From positions 310,980 through 374,979 of the forward strand of contig NW_015167098.1 in assembly GCF_001447785.1 (NCBI RefSeq): DNA of 64,000 nt, in the 5' to 3' direction. A model generated the notes under the pieces. That model saw only the letters and a list, made by a program, of their open reading frames with translations, had not been told where the DNA came from and did not search any database. Positions 13,067 to 27,400 of this stretch are shown here, piece after piece; the stretch's first letter is position 1, and each line of letters opens with the position of its first letter. Source of the DNA: Gekko japonicus (Eukaryota). The translations under genes were made by a program, and so were the position numbers.

Positions 13067-13270
13067 GTATAGTGATTAGAGTGTCAGACTAAGACCTTAG
13101 AAACTCAAGTTTATGGTAGTTTGCTGAGTGACCCTGGGCCAATCACACAAATTCAGCCCAAACTACTTCACAGGGCTGTTGTGAGGATAAAACAGGAAAG
13201 GAGAACAATGTAACCTACCTTGGCTCCCCCAGTGGGGAGAAAGGTATGGCACAAATGAAGTTAATAAATA
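13067..13270 (+). mobile_element. Squam3-like SINE, remainder after the MITE insertion
   Basis: gtatagtgattagagtgtcagactaag head; core ctacttcacagggctgttgtgagg; aataaataaa tail. Confidence 0.75.
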
Positions 13271-14199
13271 AAGCTTTGTGGTATAGAGGCCAAGTCCTGT
13301 TCCTTCAAAGCTGCAATGACTGATATGTCTACCATAACTGCACAGTACAAAAAGGACTACTGAATTCAATTCCATGCTTCATTTTGGTTCTCAATTTAGA
13401 ATAGCACTGCTAATCAACTACAGTTTATCATTTAGTGTTTATCACCATAACTGATGACATACAAAATAAGGATCGCCTTTATTGTCAATCCGTTCTTGCG
13501 CATATTGTGCTCTCAATCCCATCAGCTTTCTGCAATCCATTTACGAAGTGTTAAAATACTTCATGCATTAGGTTTTATTGCTAGCAAGTGAGAGTCATAG
13601 GCTTTAACAGTAGTTCACACATTCAAATAATGGTTTCAGGCTGCATGCCAATTCAAATACAGCATTTCTACTCTGACCACAAAACAATGAGGAATTTAAA
13701 ACATTAAGTCTTAGATTTGTATAATTTCATAAAGCATACTACCCTTTCTACAAATCCATCTAGTTTGAAAATGGACTGACTCTTGAAGGGACAAAATTCT
13801 AAATATCTATAGTCCTTGTTTTCTTAGCCATAGTTCACATATTGCTGAGTAGCTGCATGCAGACATATATATGCGATCAAACTCCACTACGACATTTGAG
13901 ATGATTTCTATTTGAAAAAGAGTAGCCATGTTAACATTTTATCTCTGAAGATCACTCCATACATACTAGTCACCAAGGTATTTCAGTCATCAAGTACCAT
14001 AATAAACATGCATGCGTGGACAAGCCTCTAGCTTTCAACCTACACTAACAGCTGTTAACTAGTAACTCCAGTCTGACTGGGATTTAAGGCTTAAGCAAAC
14101 AATTGTCTCTTCTAGGCTACATTCATTTTTTACTGTTTCTAATGGTTCAAACCCATGCGCAACAGCTGATTACCTACCTTAGGTTCCTAATGCCCACTA

Positions 14200-14640
14200 G
14201 ACCACCACTGGCTGTCCTCAACCCAGGGCCAGGGCTTTTTCGGCCCTGGCCCCTACCTGGTGGAACTCTCTGCCTGAGAACATCCGAGCCCTGCAGGATT
14301 TGTTACCTTTCTGCAGGGCTTGTAAGGCAGAGATGTTCTGCCAGGCTTTCAGCTGAGGACAGTGGCGGTATAATTGGGTGATCTGTCACCCTCATACCCT
14401 TCATATTCCCCCCCCCCCCCCACTTTTTTACAAGTCTTTTTTGGGGGGGTCTGCGATTTACCAAATCGGGAATTTTTCCTGTTAGCCATCTTAGAATTGA
14501 TCAATTTTATTAAGGACTGTTGTTTTCTTGTTGGTTTTAAAAAATTAACTTATATATTTATTGTATATCCCTATTGTAAGCTGCCCTGAGCCCTGCTTGC
14601 AGGGGAGTGCGGCCTAGACATTTAATAAATAAATAAATAT
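14200..14640 (+). mobile_element. L2-like LINE 3' end
   Basis: gccagggcttttt..ggccc..tggtggaac..ccaggctttc motif, tgtaagctgccctgagcc end and (TAAA)n tail. Confidence 0.75.
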
Positions 14641-16059
14641 ACAGTGGGGTGTTTTCAGCCACCAGCAGACTTTGTTGGAACATCATGGAATTTTGTTCCT
14701 GGGGATCAGCAGACCTTCAGGAACAGTAATGGGACAAAGTGGGGGTCGGTATCAAAGGAGGGAAATTGCTGGGGATCACTGTCCCCTCTTCTGAAGAGCT
14801 TTTGGAACTGCTTGGTTGGATAAACCCCTATATGCAATCAAAATATACTGTGCAAGGCCAATACATGGTATATTTTGATTGTATATAGCCCTCTACTATG
14901 TTTCCTTATTGAGTTTACTGGTTGGATAAACCTAGCACACCAGGAGAGAATAGGAATATACGTTTAGAATGTAGTTTTTTAAAAATAAAAGTTCCGAACA
15001 CTGTGGTAAACTTCAAACAAAAAGGATTGTCCATTCCCTTGACTGCAAAGTATGTTTAGAAAAACACAGTATCTTCAGTCTTAAGTATGCCTTGCATAAC
15101 TTACCTTAATGTTTGGGGGGGAGGGGGATGTCACATGATAATGGACTAGATCCAGCAAAGAACCAGCAGAAGGTTCTTGCCAAAGTCAATGTTTCCCAGC
15201 TTCTGCTAAGAGCTCTAAAAAGCTGGTGCTAGCAGCTATGACACTAGAGGTATAAAATGGTGCAATTTCAGAAGCTGCAGAAAAAATGCATTTTTTTCAT
15301 ATACACATCCCTGAAAAGAAAGAAACTGATATGGAGGGCATATTTGAATATGAATAATACTTTCTTCTAAATATATACAGTACCTTTTTATCAAACCTTA
15401 ACTTATTTTACTGCTTTAGCAGCAAAAATTACAATTGGCGTATTTATTACATATGGCATTATCTGGCATATTTATGGAATATACAAGTATAAATGCTTAG
15501 CTTTCCCTACGAGAGAGAAAGAACAGTGAACTGCAGCACTCAATGCTACCTTAGCACATACAGCATGGGTATTCCCATCTGAGAGGTAGCAAATAAAGTT
15601 GAATATTGAAAAAAATGTGAAGTAAACAAAATGAACGTATTTAGACAGAAAGAGTTTCATATGGCCACAACCAGACTAGCAACTTGTATATGTTGTACAA
15701 GACTATGACAGACAGTAGAATCAAAATGCTTTCACTAATCTAACACTGTAAAATGTTTTACATGAAAAATATTCATATAACACATTTTAAGGAACCCTTT
15801 GTTATTCCGAATGAGAAAATATTTCATAGCCTTTTTTCTTCAGAACGCTTCAGAATTCTCCATTAAAATGGGGGTGGTTGTGGTTTTTCATTTAAAAACC
15901 AGAAAATAAATGGTTTTCTTCCTCAAGCGCCTGTTTTCTCCCCTGCATATCTTAGCATGGTATTGCCAAAACTGAATTTTGTTGGCATCACTCAACACTC
16001 TGGTTAAAGTCTGGCCAGACTGTCTTTGCCAAATCTGGAATGGTATGACAGATTTTACA

Positions 16060-16280
16060 GATGGAATAGGCCTGAGCTCTCCCTAGAAGCTAAAATGGCC
16101 AAACTGAGGCTATTGCACTTTGGTCACATTATGAGAAGACAATATTCATTGGGAAAGACAATAATGCTGGGAAAAGAAGAAGGCAGAAGGAATAGAGGAA
16201 GACCCAATATGAGATGAATTGACTGAATCAAGGAAGCCACGTCCCTCAGTTTGCAAGACCTGAGTAACACTGTTAACGAA
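16060..16280 (+). mobile_element. RTE-BovB LINE 3' fragment
   Basis: Peptide LSLEAKMAKLRLLHFGHIMRR..SLGKTIMLGK.EG.R.RGRP is typical of the BovB ORF C-terminus; homologous to 45960-46265. Confidence 0.85.
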
Positions 16281-16509
16281 CAAGGTAAGTCCCCTTCCCA
16301 ATACCAAAATGCACACTGACAAGTTGCACATGTACCTGCTCTCCTCTTATTTGTGTACTCTGAGCTCTGACATGACAATCAGACTCAGACTCACTCCCTT
16401 GTTTCGACTTATTATCTACACTGGATGACCCACTTGGATCCCTTGCCTTTCCTTGAACCTTTCTCCAAGCCATAGCTGGTGTGCCAGTCTGAAGATCAAT
16501 GAAATTAGA

Positions 16510-16722
16510 CACTTCCCCACTCCTCCACTTGCAGCTGCTGGATGACCTTGGGCAAGCCATAGTTCTGACAAGAGCTGTCCTTGAAAGGGCAGTTCTTGAA
16601 AGCGTTCTCTCAGCCCCACCTACCTCACAGGGTGTCTGTTGTGGGGAGGGGAATGAGTTTGTAAACCACTCTGAGACTCCAAGTGAAGGGTGGGGTATAA
16701 ACTCCTCCTCCTCCTCTTCTTC
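16510..16722 (+). mobile_element. 5'-truncated Squam3-like SINE
   Basis: High similarity to 6150-6400 and 57390-57670; (CTC/TTC)n tail. Confidence 0.8.
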
Positions 16723-17734
16723 AGAAAAGATAAGAAATATCCCCCTTTCCCCCTTGTCCTGTGAGGTCTGCACTGCTCCATGGGGGTAACTACTGGGTGG
16801 ATGCCAGAATCAAGTGATGGTATTGAAAGGCTGTGTATTTTATCCTGAAAATTAACTGAAGAGTACTGCACATGCTGCTTGTCTGTAGCCCTGGTTCTCC
16901 TTAAAAATTTTGATAATTCTGATTTATTAGTCACTGATCTCATTTCTAAGCCTGCTCTGGAGTTCTATCACTTTTCATTTCTATTCTGAACCTTTAGGTA
17001 CACAGCATTCATCCCGCTCCATTTCAGCCTGAACTTGACTCTTGTCCATACAAACATGTAAGGTTACGCATGTTGCTCTAAGAAATTCAGTAACAATGTC
17101 AGGCACTAAATTGTACCTGTGGCCATGTCTCACAGCAATGGGCCAAAAGGCACACATCCCCAGGGAGCTACAGTGAGTGCCCCCACCGCACTCGTGTTAG
17201 AATGGGAATGCCACTGACAGAAGCAAAAAACCTTGCTCACCTCCCTCCCCATACAACTGCATGACATTGACCACATGTCTTCCTGTATCCTCCATCAGAT
17301 TTACTTAAGGAGCAACAGGCTGGTGGTGAACAGTGCAGCCCCATAGTTGGGCCTTGTTGGATCCAGTCTCACTCTGGCAAAGAAGACACTCCATATTAAA
17401 AAGCAGCGTAACCATATCCCAATAAAAGAAGTCTCTCATAGTTAGAGCTCTATACAATATAGCCAAGTTGCAACAAAAGGTAGAACATTTTCCACAGAAT
17501 TAACCAAGACACTGAAGCATTTAGTAGGCAAGTCTAAATATACCATTAAAAATCTTGAAATAAATTTATCTAAGATAGTCAAAGCTAATTTGACTGATAG
17601 TAATGTTGATATTGTCAATTGCTATTACTCTAGAGCACTATTCTCTACTCTAGAGAACTATGATTAATAAAAGAGCTCAGACATCACTGGATTTTAAAGC
17701 TTGCAGTTTAATTTGAAATCTGCTATCAGCCAAG

Positions 17735-17945
17735 ATGCTCTGCCCTGGATAGCCAGGCTAGAGCAATCTTGTGAGATCTCAAAAGCTAAGCAGGGTTGAC
17801 CCTGGCTAGTATTTGGATGGGAGATGTCCAAGGAATACCAGGGGAGTGACGTGGAGGCAGGCAATGGCAAACCACTTCTAAACGTCTCTTGCCATGAAAA
17901 CCATCAGGGTCACCATAAGTCAGCTGTGACTTTCCATCACCAACA
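17735..17945 (+). mobile_element. 5S rRNA-headed SINE
   Basis: gatctcaaaagctaagcagggt..cctggctagtatttggatgggaga resembles the 5S A and C boxes and is followed by a non-5S tail. Confidence 0.75.
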
Positions 17946-18492
17946 TCAGCCAATACCAGGACAACTCAAGAGCATCCTCAGCTTTCTCAACAGAAGATAT
18001 GACATTACTTCCAGGGGGTGGGGGGGTGGGATGGATTCTAACAGTATAAAGAGACCAGAATAAGTTTGATAAACATTAATAAAACCGCACACTGCATGCC
18101 TAGCTACCTTCGAAATTATCTAGTCTTTAAATTTCTTGAGACATACATGTGGCAATCAGTAATCTGGTTATTCTGCTCACACACAATCCTTCCACTCCCT
18201 TTTTGAGGGGACAGGATTCTAGAAACTGGGTGTAAACAAACAACGCATGCATACTCTATTAGTTCTTTACATGTTTGTTTTTTGAGGCGGTGGGGAGAGA
18301 TCTGCCCCACTGTCATACAATAATCCCATTTTACATATTTGCCCTAATATTCAGTTGATTCCTTTTACCTCGTCCCAGGGGACTGAAAATTTTACTGAAA
18401 GTTACACCGAAATACTTAGCTAAAAGTTGGGTCCTGCAATCCACAGATGTAAGGACTGCATATCTTTCCTGTGCTTCCCTACCCCCAGCAGT

Positions 18493-20165
18493 CATAAGAA
18501 CATAAGAGAAGGCAATGTTGGATCAGGCCAATGGTCCATCCAGTCCAACACTCTGTCACACAGTGGCCAAAAATACCAGGTGCCATCAAGAGGTCCATCA
18601 GTGGGGCCAGGACACTAGAAGCCCTCCCACTGTTGCCCCCAAGCACCAAGAATACAGTGCATCACTTGCCCCAGAACTTCTGGCTAATAGCCATTGATGG
18701 ACCTCGGCTCCATATGTTTATCCAATTCCCTCTTGAAGCCGTCCATGCTTGTAGCTGTCACCACGTCCTGTGGCAGTGAACTCCGTGTGCTAATCACTCT
18801 TTGGGTGAAGAAGTACTTCCTTTTATCTGCTCTAACCTGACCGCTCAGCAATTTCATTGAGTGCCCACAAGTTCTTGTATTGTGAGAAAGGGAGAAAAGT
18901 ACTTCTTTCTCTACCTGCTCTATCCCATGCATAATCTTATTAACCTCTATCATGTCACCCCCTCAGCAGTTGTTCCTCCAAGCTAAAGCGCCCCAAGCGC
19001 TTTAACCTTACTTCATAGGGAAAGTGTTCCAACCCTTTGATCATTCTAGTTGTGCTCTTCTGCACTTTTTCCAATGCTACAATATCCTTTTTGAGTTGTG
19101 GTGACAGTACTCCAAATAAGGTTCCACTATCGATTTATAAAGGGGCATTATGATACTGGCTGATTTGTTTTCAATACCCTTCCTAATAATCCCCAGCATA
19201 GCATTGACCTTTTTTACTGCAGTCGCACACTGTCTCAACATTTTCATTATCTACTATGACCCCAAGATCTCTCTCTTGGTCAGTCTCTGCCAGTTTGGAC
19301 CCCATCCACATGTATTTATAGTTAGGAGTTTTGGTTCCAATCTGCATCACTTTGCACTTGGCCACACTGAACCTCATTTGCCATGTTGACTCCCACTCAC
19401 CCATCCTCGACAGATCCCTTTGGAGTGCCTCACAATCCTCCCTGGCTCTAACCACCCTGAACAACTTTATGTCATCTGCAAATTTAGCCACTTAATGGCT
19501 TACTCCCAACTCCAAATCATTAATAAACAAGTTTAAAAGCATCGGACCGAGTACTGTGGTACCCCACTGCTTACCACCCTCCACTGAGAAAATTGCCCAT
19601 TTATACTCACTCTCTGTTTCCTATTAATCAGCCAGTTTTTGATCCACAAAAGGACTTGTCCTTTTATCCCGTGACTATTGAGCTTACTTAGGAGCCTTTG
19701 ATGAGGAACTTTATCAAAAGCTTTCTGGAAGTCAGGGTAAACAACATCTATTGGGTCCCCCTTGTCCACATGTTTGTTCACTCCCTCAAAGAACACTAAC
19801 AGGTTAGTGAGACAAGATCTTCCCTTACAGAACCCATGCTAAGTCTGCCTCAATAGTTTTTGTTCATCAATGTGCCTACTAATTCTTTCCTTAATAACAG
19901 TTTCCACCAACTTACGCGGTATTGACGTCAGACTGACTGGCCTGTAATTTCCCAGATCTCCTTTTTAAAGATGGAAGTGACATTAGCTACCTTCCAGTCC
20001 TCAGGAATGGAGGCAGATTTTAAGGAAAGTTTACATATTTTTATCAGGAGATCCACAAGTTCACATTTGAGTTCTTTCAGAACTCTTGGATGTATGCCAT
20101 CCTGGGTCTGGTGATATCAGTTTTTAAGTTGTCTATCAGTTTTAGGACCTCCTCTCTCATCACCT
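18493..20165 (-). mobile_element. 5'-truncated CR1 LINE with a disrupted RT domain
   Basis: Minus-strand ORFs give DVVYPDFQKAFDKVPHQRLL.KL, SGVPQ, KFADDIKL, ERDLGVIVD, RGHSMKL..RKYFFTQRV; (TTCTTATG)-type tail at 18493-18507. Confidence 0.95.
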
Positions 20166-21016
20166 GTCGGGAAGAGGGGGAAATGGGGAAGAGCCACAAC
20201 CTTCAGCACCTTCCCTGTTTCTCCTTCCAAAGTATTTGCTATTAATGCATACAACATTATTACCTGTTAATCATCCATTTCCATTGGCACCTATAAGTCA
20301 GGCAAGTGGGAAATGAACTGTTAAGACAGACAGAACTCCAGCATGTGTAACAATACCCACTACCCCACCCCTTACATCACTGGAATGAAATGAGAGGCAC
20401 CAAATGACATTCAACTGTTCTCACTTCAGATGGAGACAAACCTGCTACTGATAAAAAATTATTTTATTTAATTAAAAAGAATATGTAGGCAGGGCCTAAT
20501 CATACAAGCATTTACACACACACGCGCGAGTCGGGCAGCATCAGGAATCTACAAGGGTTGATGGTGGGCAAATCTGATACTTATTCCTGAGTTCCATCAG
20601 ATATGGAGCATGTGAACAAGCCCTAAGCAAAGTCTGTTCTGGCTTTAAATGAACAAGACCAATACATGAAAACATACAACCAGTATAGCAACTAGTTTTC
20701 CCTACCAACTTTCTCTCTCAGCATCTGTTCAAACTTCATCAAAGTTTTTTTTACTCATAGTACTCTGTGTTTAATCAGTCTCTCTGAACATGTACTGTTC
20801 CAAATTCCCTACTGCTCCTTATTCACTCTACTACCAACAGTGAAACTCAAAATCATTCAAAACCAAGTACTCTCTACTTCCAATGCCTTGCAAGGTCAAA
20901 GTTTATAACAATTACCACCAATGAAGACAGCTGTAAGTTTGTCTTGACTTTGTCAGACCATGTCATGTCAGTATTCCAAATGTGCCCACAGGCTCAAAAA
21001 GGTTGGGGACCCCTGG

Positions 21017-21440
21017 GATAAAGAAAAACCTTTTTCCCTCTCACAATATTGGAATTCGGAGACACCTGATAAAATTGACAGGGAACAGATTCAGGATGGA
21101 CAAAAGAAAGCACTTCTTCATTCAACAGAGACTTACATTATAGAATTCGATGTCAATGGATATAGTGATTGCCACTCTCAGAGATGGGTTTGATGTATTC
21201 ATGAAGAAGAAGTCCATTAATAGCAACGAGCCCCTGATAACTAAAGTGAATCTGCATATCTGTAGGCAGTAAACCTCTGAATACCAGCAACAGCAGGCAA
21301 CATTAGGGGAAATCCTTGGCATTTATGCCCTGTTTGTTGTTCCCCGCCAGCTGGCTGGCACCTTTATGAAACAGGATGCTAGACTAGATGGTACAGAGAT
21401 ATAATTCAGCAGGGCACCTCTTATGTTCACTCTCATGTTC
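21017..21440 (+). mobile_element. Decayed CR1 3' fragment
   Basis: ttttccctctcacaata..ggacaaaagaaagcacttcttcattca.. and a ttatgttc tail; preceded by a hAT right-end remnant (ggttggggacccctg, about 21001-21016). Confidence 0.75.
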
Positions 21441-24400
21441 ACATGATAGTTATCTTGGGTCCAGGGTTCTACTACTCTCTTGAGGCTGTTCTAATTACCC
21501 ATTCCATTTTCTCACTTTCTGGGTTTGGGACTTAAGCCTTTAAAGCAGCAACCCCATATCTACCTCTCCAGAGGCTCTTTCACGGTTGCTGGTCTGCATT
21601 CCCTTTGGCTGTACCATGGATCTTGCCTGTTCTGTCTACTGTCCCACTGTTATTGCAGTTCCAGACTCCCCAGCTTATCTGTCTGCCCAGGTTCTACATC
21701 CACTTAAGCACATATCCAAGTTTTTAAATCTTAAGTCTACCGTGCTGAGGAGCTACTGGGCAGGCTCGTCACTAGGGAGAAGTTCAGGTCAGATTTGCCT
21801 ATACTGTTGCACAAACACACACAAGGCGGGGGGGAATAAGGGAAGGCAGACAGGACACTGTACATTGTATTTCCAAACTACCATCAAATGAGTGTATCTA
21901 TCTGCTAATGACAGAGAAGCTCCAAGTACTAGCAATCCTCCTCTTTAATTTAGGAACAACGAAAGTGCTACCTGACAACTACGGTTGAAGACAGAAAAAA
22001 CCATGACAATATATATAATCTATTCTTACAGTTAGCTTCATAATGCAACTAAACAGACCCTAGTTTCCAACCTTTATTTATTTTATACCCTTAAAAGAAG
22101 AAACTTGGGAACAGACGACACCAATATGCAGCATGGTATTAGTTCACCTTCATGGGCAGAGCATATCCATTTTTAATCAATGGAAAGATGACCAGTTTGG
22201 AGGTATTCTCTTTGTATTGTAAGAACTAACCACTGGGTAACCACACGCAGTAGGGCTTTTATTTTTACTCACAGCTTGCATATACACACTTCCATGTGTA
22301 CATCCATTCTATGTCTCACTACTATTTCTAGTTACAATAATTACTGTACCAACTCTGATAGCTTTTGGACATATTTAAATTAACCACTCTTTGCCTCAGA
22401 GTTCCTAGCCAACTAGCAGTAGTGATGTATCCCTCCATTTCTATCATGCTTTATCTCTGACCAAAGAGCTGCAAGTACAGAAGGCTTCACGCACACTGCT
22501 GTGTTCGCACCTGCAGAGAACAAGCTACTTTCTGTTCCAGACACAGAACTATGTTTATTTAGAGTATTTATTTCCCTCTTCTCTATACAAATGCCCAAAG
22601 AAGCTCACACCAGCGATCAGCCAATCCATGTAGTTTCAAATATAGTGGATCCACATATTCATCACTGGATGAGAAGAACACTTTTCTTTACACACAGCAG
22701 GCTGCTGTTTTCATGCTACAGCTGGCCCATATACTGAAAATTGCCTCTGTAAACATATTAGTCACTAGATCAGAATATGTTTTTCAGTAAGGCTTGAGCA
22801 CTGTTTAAATGAACAGGTTACTATTAAATTAGATATCCAAAGGAACCAGAAAGTCATTTGAACTTTCCACAGTTCCTATACTTTTTTTTTTAAACCCTGA
22901 CAAGTGGAATTTGTACAGAAGTCTCTTAGGTTTATCAAAAACCCTTTTACCCTATTCAATCTACAACTTCCAGTTCCAAAATGTCATTGGGAAAGTTTAC
23001 AAAGCACTTTCTTTCCATTTCTAGATACAGCCCTAGACTGTATTGGGTTGATAATATTTAAGACATTAAAAAGCATTAAAATAGAATATATGTAAAATAT
23101 TTACACAATTAAATAAAAAGCATATAAACATGCAAACACAAGATCAGGGAGCAGGACTGCACTGGGATTTGTTTTAAAAGTTGCTATAAATCAGTTCCTG
23201 AGTTCTGCCTAAAGTAATTCATTAAAACTATTTAGATCTTTCTCATGCAGCCAAGTTTATTTAAATACTGACCTACTGGCTTAAAAGATCTGCAAGTATA
23301 CTGATGGCAAAGAAAGCCACTCACATCTTTTAAAGTAGAAAGGCATTTAAGAATGAATTCTGTAACAGCAACAAGCTTCAATCCAGGAAAGCAGTTTCTA
23401 ATCATATGAAAACAACTCATACTTAACAGATATGTTTCATAGACTGCATATTAAGATTACAGATGCTGTAATAACTTCAACAGATTCTGCTACCAGAAAA
23501 TGTGTTTAGAATAGGGCATCTTTCTACAGCAATAAGGAAAGCAGCAGCGTTTTAACAGACATTATCACAAAACCTAACCCTAATCTCTTCACAGTTTCTT
23601 GTAATTTTGTTAAGGCTGTAGTATATAAATATAAGGGTAACCCTGGTTGTGAACACTACAATAAAAAGCTAACCTCTAACCCCAGCCTAATTTTCTCCCA
23701 ATTTTTCATAATTCCATTAATTTTTTTAAAATTCTCCATTTAATTATAACGCTTTATATGCACACTGAGCCTGTATAGAAAGCAACTGATTAAGAAATAA
23801 TTCTAACACCATGCTGCAAGTAAGCAAGCAATGACAAGAACGTAATAAATAAAGAATAAATTAATTTTATATCACACAAGAAAAAACTGATGAAAAATTA
23901 TAGGCTTTATAATGAATTCAGCCAGCTTTTTGCTCAATCTTACCCAACCCCACTCCTTCTTATAGCCCCATTCCACGTGGCTTTGTCTATGCAGGTCCCA
24001 TGATCTCAAACCTAGCTGGTCAAAGGGCATCTCTGTCTTCCTTTTTTGCCTGTGGGAAAGGTGGCTGGTACCAACCCTTTGGACTTCCACAGAGAACTGT
24101 TGAGAGATGTTACAATGAAATCACTGCTGAAATTTCTAGGCACCATGGCGACCTGGGGCTTGTCGAACCACTTTCACCTTCTTATTTGTCCACTTATGCT
24201 CAGCCTCACCACAAAGCTAATGTCAGTGAGACCACAAGGTGACCCAAAATGTTATGCTGTTTGCTAAACACTGTCTATGAAATGACTGATACTCACACAT
24301 GGAATAAGGGTCAGAAACTTTAGACCACACAATTTTTAGATGGGGTTTCCCACATTTATACTTCAAAATCAAAAGAGATGGCAGTGTTGAAAGCTAAAAC

Positions 24401-27400
24401 TAATCAGCTTATGTACAATTACAAAGGTTCTTAAGAGGTTTACAATATGTATGTCTGTAGAATATGAATTATAAACTACTTAATTTAGAAAATGGATGTG
24501 TACAAATTAGTAATGCAGTAGAGCATAAGTACCACTACTTTACATATATATACTGATCTCTAAAGTAAGAGGGAGCATTCCTCTATGCAGCATACAATGA
24601 AATACAAGACTTGATTCAAGTTTAAGTGTTTTGGTTTGCAACTTGCTGGTGACAAGACATGAAGCAAAAGCAGGATCAAATGGTCATAATAAAATGGTGT
24701 GACATCCTTTCCTATATGAAGACTGTTCAAAGTCTAGATGTTTAGGACTACAACTGTAACATACCAGGAAGTTTCAATGAACTTAGTGATACTGACATAA
24801 CAAAACAGCTAGAAGTATTGGGATGCCAGTTTAATGAGCTTAAAAAATTAATTGCTCTGGTTAAATGCATTTCACTATTGTAGATATATTTTTATTTCAA
24901 GCGTGTTGTGAAGGATCAACACCAGTTAAGTGCACATAAGCAATTCTATTTTTAAACCAAGTTAGCAAATCATGCATCAGTTCCTTATGACTTCAGCCTT
25001 CTCTGCGTGTAGAAAGCAGACTGGGCTTATTCACATGGCTCATGTATTAATGTGACTGCACAGAATGAGTAACATATTAATAAAAAATAATGATAATGAA
25101 TCAAGACTCAAAAGTAGTTCACACATTTTTCACCCCACATGCAATCCTAAGATTTCTCAAATACAGTGGTTTACAAGCTATGCTGACATTGTGAACCAAC
25201 TTAGATATTTACTCACCACCAGCCTCACCCCCCCCCCCAACAAAGGGAGGCAATCTTGACTGGAATATCATGCTGAGCTTTACAGGTGCTCTGAGCCTTT
25301 CCAATGAGCAGTGCAACTGCAGAGGTGAGCCTCCACTACCCTCTCCAACTCTGAGCCAGGAGGAGAGGGTGCTGTAAGGCTTGGAAAGCAGTTTCTTACT
25401 GCTTTCAGAGCTTTTGTAAAAGATCAGAGACAGCCCCCACCATCCTCCATGCCACAGAGAAGCACAGAGGCTGTCAACTTGATTTTAAAATGTGCAAGCA
25501 GTGGCAAGCACAATTGTAGACCCCTGCTCAGATGTGTCCACCTACATCAGAGCTGACCAAATGTGGCTCCTGTTGGTTTATCAAATGATAACTGAAGTAC
25601 AGTGATAACATTTGTTCATAAGAAAAATATGTGAATCATGACCCAAGGTATACTGCAACATCTGTATTTGCATTCTGAATGCCATGTTCCTGCTACACCT
25701 GGGCATTTCTGTTCTGCAACTTTGACACTCTTATGTTACAAGAACTTGTGAAGCCCTTACAACTATAGAGATCCTGAATACCCATAAGAAAATGTATTTG
25801 TGTCGTGAGCCTCTGGATCACTGTTTGGAGAATGAAATGAATTTAAGGTACAGAAGTTGACAATATTAAACATAAACAAAAAATAGTGTGAACTGAACAA
25901 CAATGGACATGGTTGACATCAGTTCATCCAATCACAGCAGCACTTTTCCAGTTACTGCAAAAACAGGAATTGATGCCTTGCATAACTATGATCATGCAGC
26001 TCATATCATACTTGATGCTGAAGTACAGTAACTTGTCGGCCATGACTGGTTCATAAAACAGGGCAGTCCCACACTTACACATCAGTCATATCTGCTATGA
26101 GAACAGCAGTGTTTGTCTCACAATATGATAGGAACAGATGTGCATCCTTAAGACACCCACACTTGGTGGGACTGGAGACTCCCAGATTCATGCTCTCAGA
26201 TATTTATGGATGTGTGTCTATTTCTGTAGATTGTACCCACATATGTGATCTTCACATAAAATATGGAGCTGAAAAAAAGGAAGATATAAAGTGATATATC
26301 CTGAAAACGGATGTCTGAGAACGAACAAGCAACTTAAGCACACCTATCCTACATTCGTCCTCCCACAGTCTCTAAAATGCCATAACCAAATTCAAATCAG
26401 AACCACTTTCAATATCTCTTATACTGCTACCACCTGTATCATACAAAGCAAAATACACACAACTATGACCAGGAGCCCACAGATTTTTGCTAACTTTTAC
26501 AGCCACTCATTCGTCATGTCTACTATTGACCCCCTTCTTACCACTTAAGGAGGGGTGGGGGAGAGTCCTCCCTCTGATATCAAACTGAACATTGGAAGTG
26601 CTCTTCAGTAGCAAGGATATTAGTAGATCTCCTTAATTATCATAATGAGTTTTTAAATTCTGTCTGCATGTGCTGGAAAGTCACAATGTTTCCAAACACT
26701 CATCATGTAATGAAAGACCTAAGCAATCAAAAAATATGTAGTTATCATGATTTTTGCACCTATACTGGCCTGCTTGGCATGTAGCAAGCAATGTTTCACG
26801 GACCTCTAAGCCTAGTATCAACACAATGAATCACAATTCAAAATAAAGGAATTTCTTCAGTTAGTTTCCACTTTTCTGAAGAAAATAGGACATTGTACTA
26901 CCTACTTCTAAGAAACATCTACCATATTAAATGTCCAACAAAGCACCACACCTAGAACATGCTCCAATTCTTGTCTCAGCCTTCTACAATAAAATGTTAT
27001 CCAGCAACCAACAGAAGTTCCTTGAATGCTTACAAGCAGAACGTATCATAAAAACCCACAGTGGTACTGGTAACTGACTACGTCCTAAAGATTGAATCCA
27101 ACAAAAAACCTTCCTCCAACTGAAGATTACGCACTTAGCACAAAAGAACCATTGGTTTTAACCCCAATGTATATGAAAACGTGTTTCAGTCACAACTACA
27201 ATGTTGTATTAGCAGAACCTACTGGTGCAGGTCTTCTTGTCTGACTGCAGCTGTTCTAGTTTTGTGTGCTATGAAGCTCAGTATTTTTTGAAAGCACAGC
27301 TCAATTAGATACCGTATTTTTGTATATATGATATTGCCCAAGGCTAACATGGAACAGATAATCAACTATATTTTAAAAATATTCTTTTATAACATTTCCT

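Noticed and set aside
16280-16512. Possible Gypsy-like LTR fragment between the BovB piece and the SINE
   Set aside because: Only a compositional impression; no second LTR, TSD or primer-binding site.
17735-17840. 5S rRNA gene
   Set aside because: Diverged and fused to a SINE body; dispersed copies at 50880-51040 and 62775-62879.
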